DNA from: Longimicrobiales bacterium
GTDB lineage: Bacteria; Gemmatimonadota; Gemmatimonadetes; Longimicrobiales; Gaopeijiaceae
Direction: 5' to 3'
Assembly: GCA_041690395.1 (NCBI GenBank)
Contig: JAWLHJ010000004.1
Location: 209,355-273,354 of the forward strand
DNA length: 64,000 nucleotides
Positions 60,466-64,000 of the stretch are shown here, one piece after another. The notes beneath the pieces were generated by a model. That model did no database searches and was not told the DNA's origin. It worked only from the letters and a program-made list of their open reading frames with translations. The stretch's first letter is position 1, and each line of letters starts with the position of its first letter. The position numbers and the translations under genes were made by a program.

Positions 60466-61011
60466 TTGAGCGCGACATTAGCGAGCAAGAAGGAGGTCGT
60501 GGTACCGGTTCAGGTATTCAACGTCCTCCGGCGCGAGCTGGAGAAGGAGGTGGGCACGCTGCCGGCGGTCCGCGCGCTGCATCATGCCGGTTACGAGGCG
60601 GGGCTCGGCGCGGCCGCGTCGTTCGAGACCAGTGGCGCGGGCGCGTCGCTGACGGACCTGGCCGCCAGCGACTTCTGGGGCCGCATCGAGCGTTTCTTCT
60701 CGAAACGCGGATGGGGTCGGCTCGTCCACGAAGACCTCCATCCGGGAGTCGGCCTGCTCAGGTCCTCGGACTGGCTGGAGGCGACCCCCGACGACACGGA
60801 TCCGGAAGGAAGCTGCTCCTTCAGCACGGGATATCTCGCGGGCCTCCTGTCGGAGCTCTCCGGCCGGCCGGTCGCAGTCCTGGAGGTGACGTGCCGAAGC
60901 CGCGGGGACGACGCCTGTCGTTTCGCGTTCGGGTCGGAGGCGGTGATCCACGACCTCTATGGCCACATGCTCGAGGGAGCGGACCTGACCCGCGCCCTCG
61001 ACGAGCTGTAG
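60466..61011 (+). CDS. Stand-alone V4R-domain protein
   Basis: GYEAG, RGWG, CSFSTGYLAG..EVTCRSRGDDACRF; TTG start. Confidence 0.85.
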   Translation: MSATLASKKEVVVPVQVFNVLRRELEKEVGTLPAVRALHHAGYEAGLGAAASFETSGAGASLTDLAASDFWGRIERFFSKRGWGRLVHEDLHPGVGLLRSSDWLEATPDDTDPEGSCSFSTGYLAGLLSELSGRPVAVLEVTCRSRGDDACRFAFGSEAVIHDLYGHMLEGADLTRALDEL

Positions 61012-61037
61012 CGGGCCGCCGGGTCGAGGAACGTAAC

Positions 61038-61463
61038 GTGCGCGTGTTGGGCGTCGACTTCGGGATGAAGCGCATCGGGCTCGCGGTGAGCGATCCCACG
61101 GGCACCATCGCCACGCCGCTCGAGACGGTGAAGCGTCGGGCCGGAAAACGACCTCCGTTGAAGCAGATCGAGGACTCCGTCGAGGGCTACGACATCGAGC
61201 ACCTCGTCGTCGGACTTCCACTCGCCCTATCGGGCGAGGAGAACGATTGGTGCGCGGAGGTACGCGACATGGGCGCGAAGCTTGCAACGAGACTCGGCGT
61301 CGAAGCCTCCTTCGTCGACGAGCGCATGACCTCGGTCCGTGCGGAGCGCGCGGTTCGTGCCGTGGGGCTGTCCAGGACGGCCCGGCGAGACAAAGGGCGC
61401 GTGGACGCCGGCGCGGCACAGCTGATCCTTCAATCCTGGCTCGATCGGAGCAAGCGGACATGA
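61038..61463 (+). CDS. ruvX: YqgF/RuvX-family nuclease
   Basis: LGVDFGMKRIGLAVSD, VVGLP, DERMTS, VDAGAAQLILQ; GAGGA SD before the GTG. Confidence 0.93.
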   Translation: MRVLGVDFGMKRIGLAVSDPTGTIATPLETVKRRAGKRPPLKQIEDSVEGYDIEHLVVGLPLALSGEENDWCAEVRDMGAKLATRLGVEASFVDERMTSVRAERAVRAVGLSRTARRDKGRVDAGAAQLILQSWLDRSKRT

Positions 61464-62446
61464 CGGTTTCCAAGGTCGGAAAGACGGGCGCGCTCGCGCT
61501 CGCCCTCGTCGTGGCCGCCTGCGGCACGGACGGACCTCCCGTCGACGTGTCCGTGCCCGCCGGGTCGGGCTTCTCGGAAGTGGTCGACAGCTTGAGCGCT
61601 CGCGGCATCGTGGGGCGCCCGGGGCTGTTCACCCTCTACGCCCGCCTGCGTGGAGCGGACCGTGAGGTCCGCGCCGGCCGCTACGCCCTGGCGCCGGGTA
61701 GCTCGTGGAACGAGGTCATCAGGATCCTCACGCGAGGCAACGTCGTCACTGTGCCGGTGACCATACCGGAGGGCTTCACGCTGACCCAGATGGCACCCCG
61801 CATCGCCGATATCTCGGGCGCGTCGGAGGACTCGGTCCTGGCGTACCTCGCGCGCGCCGAGCTCGTCGACGAGCTCGGCGTCCCCGGCCCCACGCCCGAA
61901 GGGTATCTCTTCCCCGACACCTACCGGTTCACGCCCGGCACCCGCGTGGCGACCGTGGTCGAGACGATGGTCGACCGGTATCGGGCGGTGTGGACGCCGG
62001 AAAGGAGGAACAAGCTCGCTGCGATCGACATGACGGAGCGCGAGCTCGTGACGCTGGCGTCGATCATCCAGGCGGAGGCCCGTCAGGTCCAGGAGATGCC
62101 GCTCATCTCGGGCGTGTACCATCGACGCCTCGACCTCGGATGGCTGCTCCAGGCGGACCCGACCGTGCTCTACGCGCTCGGCGGGCCCCGTGAACGACTG
62201 CTGTACGCCGCCATCGACTCGGTCGCCGACAACCCGTACAACACCTATCGGCAGGGGGGCCTCCCCCCGGGGCCGATCGGGGCCCCCGGCGAGCTCGCGA
62301 TCGACGCGGCACTCGCGCCTGAGGGCGACTACCTGTTCTTCGTGGCCCGCCCGGACGGATCGCACGTCTTCACGCGCTCCCTCGCGGATCACAACCGGGC
62401 GAAGGCGGAGTCGCAGCGCATGCGGGAAGCCGATTCCGGGCTCTGA
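61460..62446 (+). CDS. mltG: Endolytic transglycosylase MltG
   Basis: VTIPEG, EGYLFPDTY, LASIIQAE, LQADPT, YNTY..GLPPGPI, YLFFVA. Confidence 0.95.
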   Translation: MTVSKVGKTGALALALVVAACGTDGPPVDVSVPAGSGFSEVVDSLSARGIVGRPGLFTLYARLRGADREVRAGRYALAPGSSWNEVIRILTRGNVVTVPVTIPEGFTLTQMAPRIADISGASEDSVLAYLARAELVDELGVPGPTPEGYLFPDTYRFTPGTRVATVVETMVDRYRAVWTPERRNKLAAIDMTERELVTLASIIQAEARQVQEMPLISGVYHRRLDLGWLLQADPTVLYALGGPRERLLYAAIDSVADNPYNTYRQGGLPPGPIGAPGELAIDAALAPEGDYLFFVARPDGSHVFTRSLADHNRAKAESQRMREADSGL

Positions 62447-62471
62447 GCCGGCCGTCGACGGCGAAGCTTCC

Positions 62472-63104
62472 CTGGCGGCCGGGCTCCGGCTGATCGTCGT
62501 GACGGACGCCGCGCTCGCGGCTCCCCGTCCGGTCATCGACGTCGTCGAGGCCGCGCTCGACGCCGGCGCCCCGGCGATCCAGCTCCGGAACAAGGGTGAG
62601 AGCGCGCGTGCGCTCCACGAGATCGGACTCGTCATCCGGAGGCTCACCGGTCGCGCCGGTGCCCTCTTCTTCGTCAACGACCGCCTCGACGTCGCCCTGA
62701 GCCTCGGGGCGGACGGCGTGCACCTCGGACCCGACGACATTCCCGTACATGCGGCGCGCGCCGTGGCGCCGGAAGGGTTCCTGATCGGCTATTCGACCGA
62801 CGATCCGGCAGAGGCGACGCGGGCCGTCGGCGACGGGGCGGACTACATCGGGTGCGGCACCGTGTACCGGACATCGACGAAGGGCGACGCGGGTGCGGCC
62901 ATCGGTGTCGAGGGGCTTGCCCGCGTCGCGCGCGCGGTCGCGGTTCCCGTCGTGGGAATCGGCGGTATCGACGAGCGTCGGGTCGACGAGGTGGCGACGA
63001 GCGGCGCCGCGGGCTGCGCCGTGGTCGGGGCGGTCATGCGCGCCCCCGACGTCGCGGCCACCGTGGCCCGGCTCCTGGCTCCCTGGAGCGGCTCGCCGGG
63101 CTAG
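62472..63104 (+). CDS. thiE: Thiamine-phosphate synthase
   Basis: LIVVTD, IQLRNK, VNDRLDVA..ADGVHLG, DYIGCG..TSTK, IGGI. Start codon uncertain. Confidence 0.9.
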   Translation: MAAGLRLIVVTDAALAAPRPVIDVVEAALDAGAPAIQLRNKGESARALHEIGLVIRRLTGRAGALFFVNDRLDVALSLGADGVHLGPDDIPVHAARAVAPEGFLIGYSTDDPAEATRAVGDGADYIGCGTVYRTSTKGDAGAAIGVEGLARVARAVAVPVVGIGGIDERRVDEVATSGAAGCAVVGAVMRAPDVAATVARLLAPWSGSPG

Positions 63105-63919
63105 AGCCCGCCCGCGTCCAGGAACGACGCCACTTCGTCACCAGTGACGAAGAAGTCCCCGAGCTGGGCGCCACCGTCCGGGTTGTGCCAGTCCGACCCT
63201 CCGGTCGGGAAGAGTCTCCTCGACCGACAGATGTTCTCCAGTCGAAGCACCTGATCCCTGCGGTTACGCGGCCGGTAGACCTCCACCCCGCGCAACCCGG
63301 CCTCGACCATGGGGTCGATGAGGTCCTGCACGAGCTCGCCGGGCGGATGGGCCCACACGGCGAGTCCACCCGCGGCCTCGATGATGCCGATGGCGTCCAT
63401 GGGGGTCAGCATGTGCGTCGACACGAAGGCCGGCCCACTGTCTGCGATGAGCGTGTCGAACGCCTCGGAGATGCTCGCGACATGTCCGCCCTCGACGAGG
63501 GCCTGCGCGAGGTGCGGACGTCCCAGGACGACGCGGTCGGGCCCGGCCGCGCGCTCCACCGCCTCGAACGGCACCTCGATCCCGAGGCCCTCGAGCTTGG
63601 CCAGCATCTCGCGCATCCGTTCCTCCCGGCGGTTCCGGGCGAGGCGCTCGTGCTCGCGCAGCTCGGCCGCGGCAGGGTCCACGAAGTAGCCGAGCACATG
63701 GATGTCGCGGCCCGCATGGCTCGAGCTCACCTCGATCCCCGGGATGACCTGCAGATTGAGGTCGACTCCGAGCGACACGGCGGCGGCGCACCCGGCGGTC
63801 GTGTCGTGGTCGGTCACCGCGAGCACGTCGAGTCCCCGCGCGGCGGCCGTCCGTGTCACGTCTTCGGGCGACCAGGCCCCGTCCGACGCCGTCGTGTGTA
63901 CGTGCAGGTCCAGCTTCAT
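63101..63919 (-). CDS. PHP-domain phosphoesterase (TrpH/YciV-like)
   Basis: DLHVHTTASDG, VTDHDT, GIEVS, HVLGY, GRPHLA, AHP, GGSDWH. Confidence 0.93.
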   Translation of the reverse strand: MKLDLHVHTTASDGAWSPEDVTRTAAARGLDVLAVTDHDTTAGCAAAVSLGVDLNLQVIPGIEVSSSHAGRDIHVLGYFVDPAAAELREHERLARNRREERMREMLAKLEGLGIEVPFEAVERAAGPDRVVLGRPHLAQALVEGGHVASISEAFDTLIADSGPAFVSTHMLTPMDAIGIIEAAGGLAVWAHPPGELVQDLIDPMVEAGLRGVEVYRPRNRRDQVLRLENICRSRRLFPTGGSDWHNPDGGAQLGDFFVTGDEVASFLDAGGL

Positions 63920-63944
63920 GGCTTCTCTCGTCTCAAAAGCGAAA

Positions 63945-63976
63945 GGGCGGGGGGGGGGCCAAGCGCCCCCCCGCCC
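63945..63976 (-). terminator. Probable intrinsic terminator on the minus strand
   Basis: GGGCGGGGGGG / CCCCCCCGCCC 11-bp stem followed on the minus strand by TTTCGCTTTT. Confidence 0.6.
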
Positions 63977-64000
63977 CGCGGCCTCGGTCCAACCGGAGCC

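Overview
A very GC-rich, gene-dense bacterial chromosomal segment from a diderm (LPS heptosyltransferase, SurA, beta-barrels). Gene content and the AraC/DUF4384/V4R protein styles suggest Gemmatimonadota, but this is inference. About 55 CDS are present, mostly housekeeping and envelope genes: lepA, mfd, two parvulin PPIases, pdxA, ftsEX-envC, holB, moaC, guaB, acs, dacB, moeA, etfBA, mpg, aroB, PBP1A, pdp, ruvX, mltG, thiE. No rRNA, tRNA, CRISPR array, transposase or integrase was seen. The main candidate for an undescribed system is at 35279-38445. A 43-aa exported pro-peptide (36477-36608) ends in two copies of HTPDPGL that differ only at synonymous codon positions. It converges on a large GAF-like/TPR protein and diverges from an AraC regulator with a receiver-like N-terminus. 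This resembles an RRNPP-style peptide signalling cassette, here in a diderm. Other points: a Fur/PerR-type palindrome over the start of a P1B-4 metal ATPase near a PerR-like gene; an NYN-2xLOTUS-HhH RNase with a structured leader; pdxA and thiE lacking canonical start codons; and a CxxCH motif in a secreted DUF4384 protein. All family assignments are by motif recognition, not database search.
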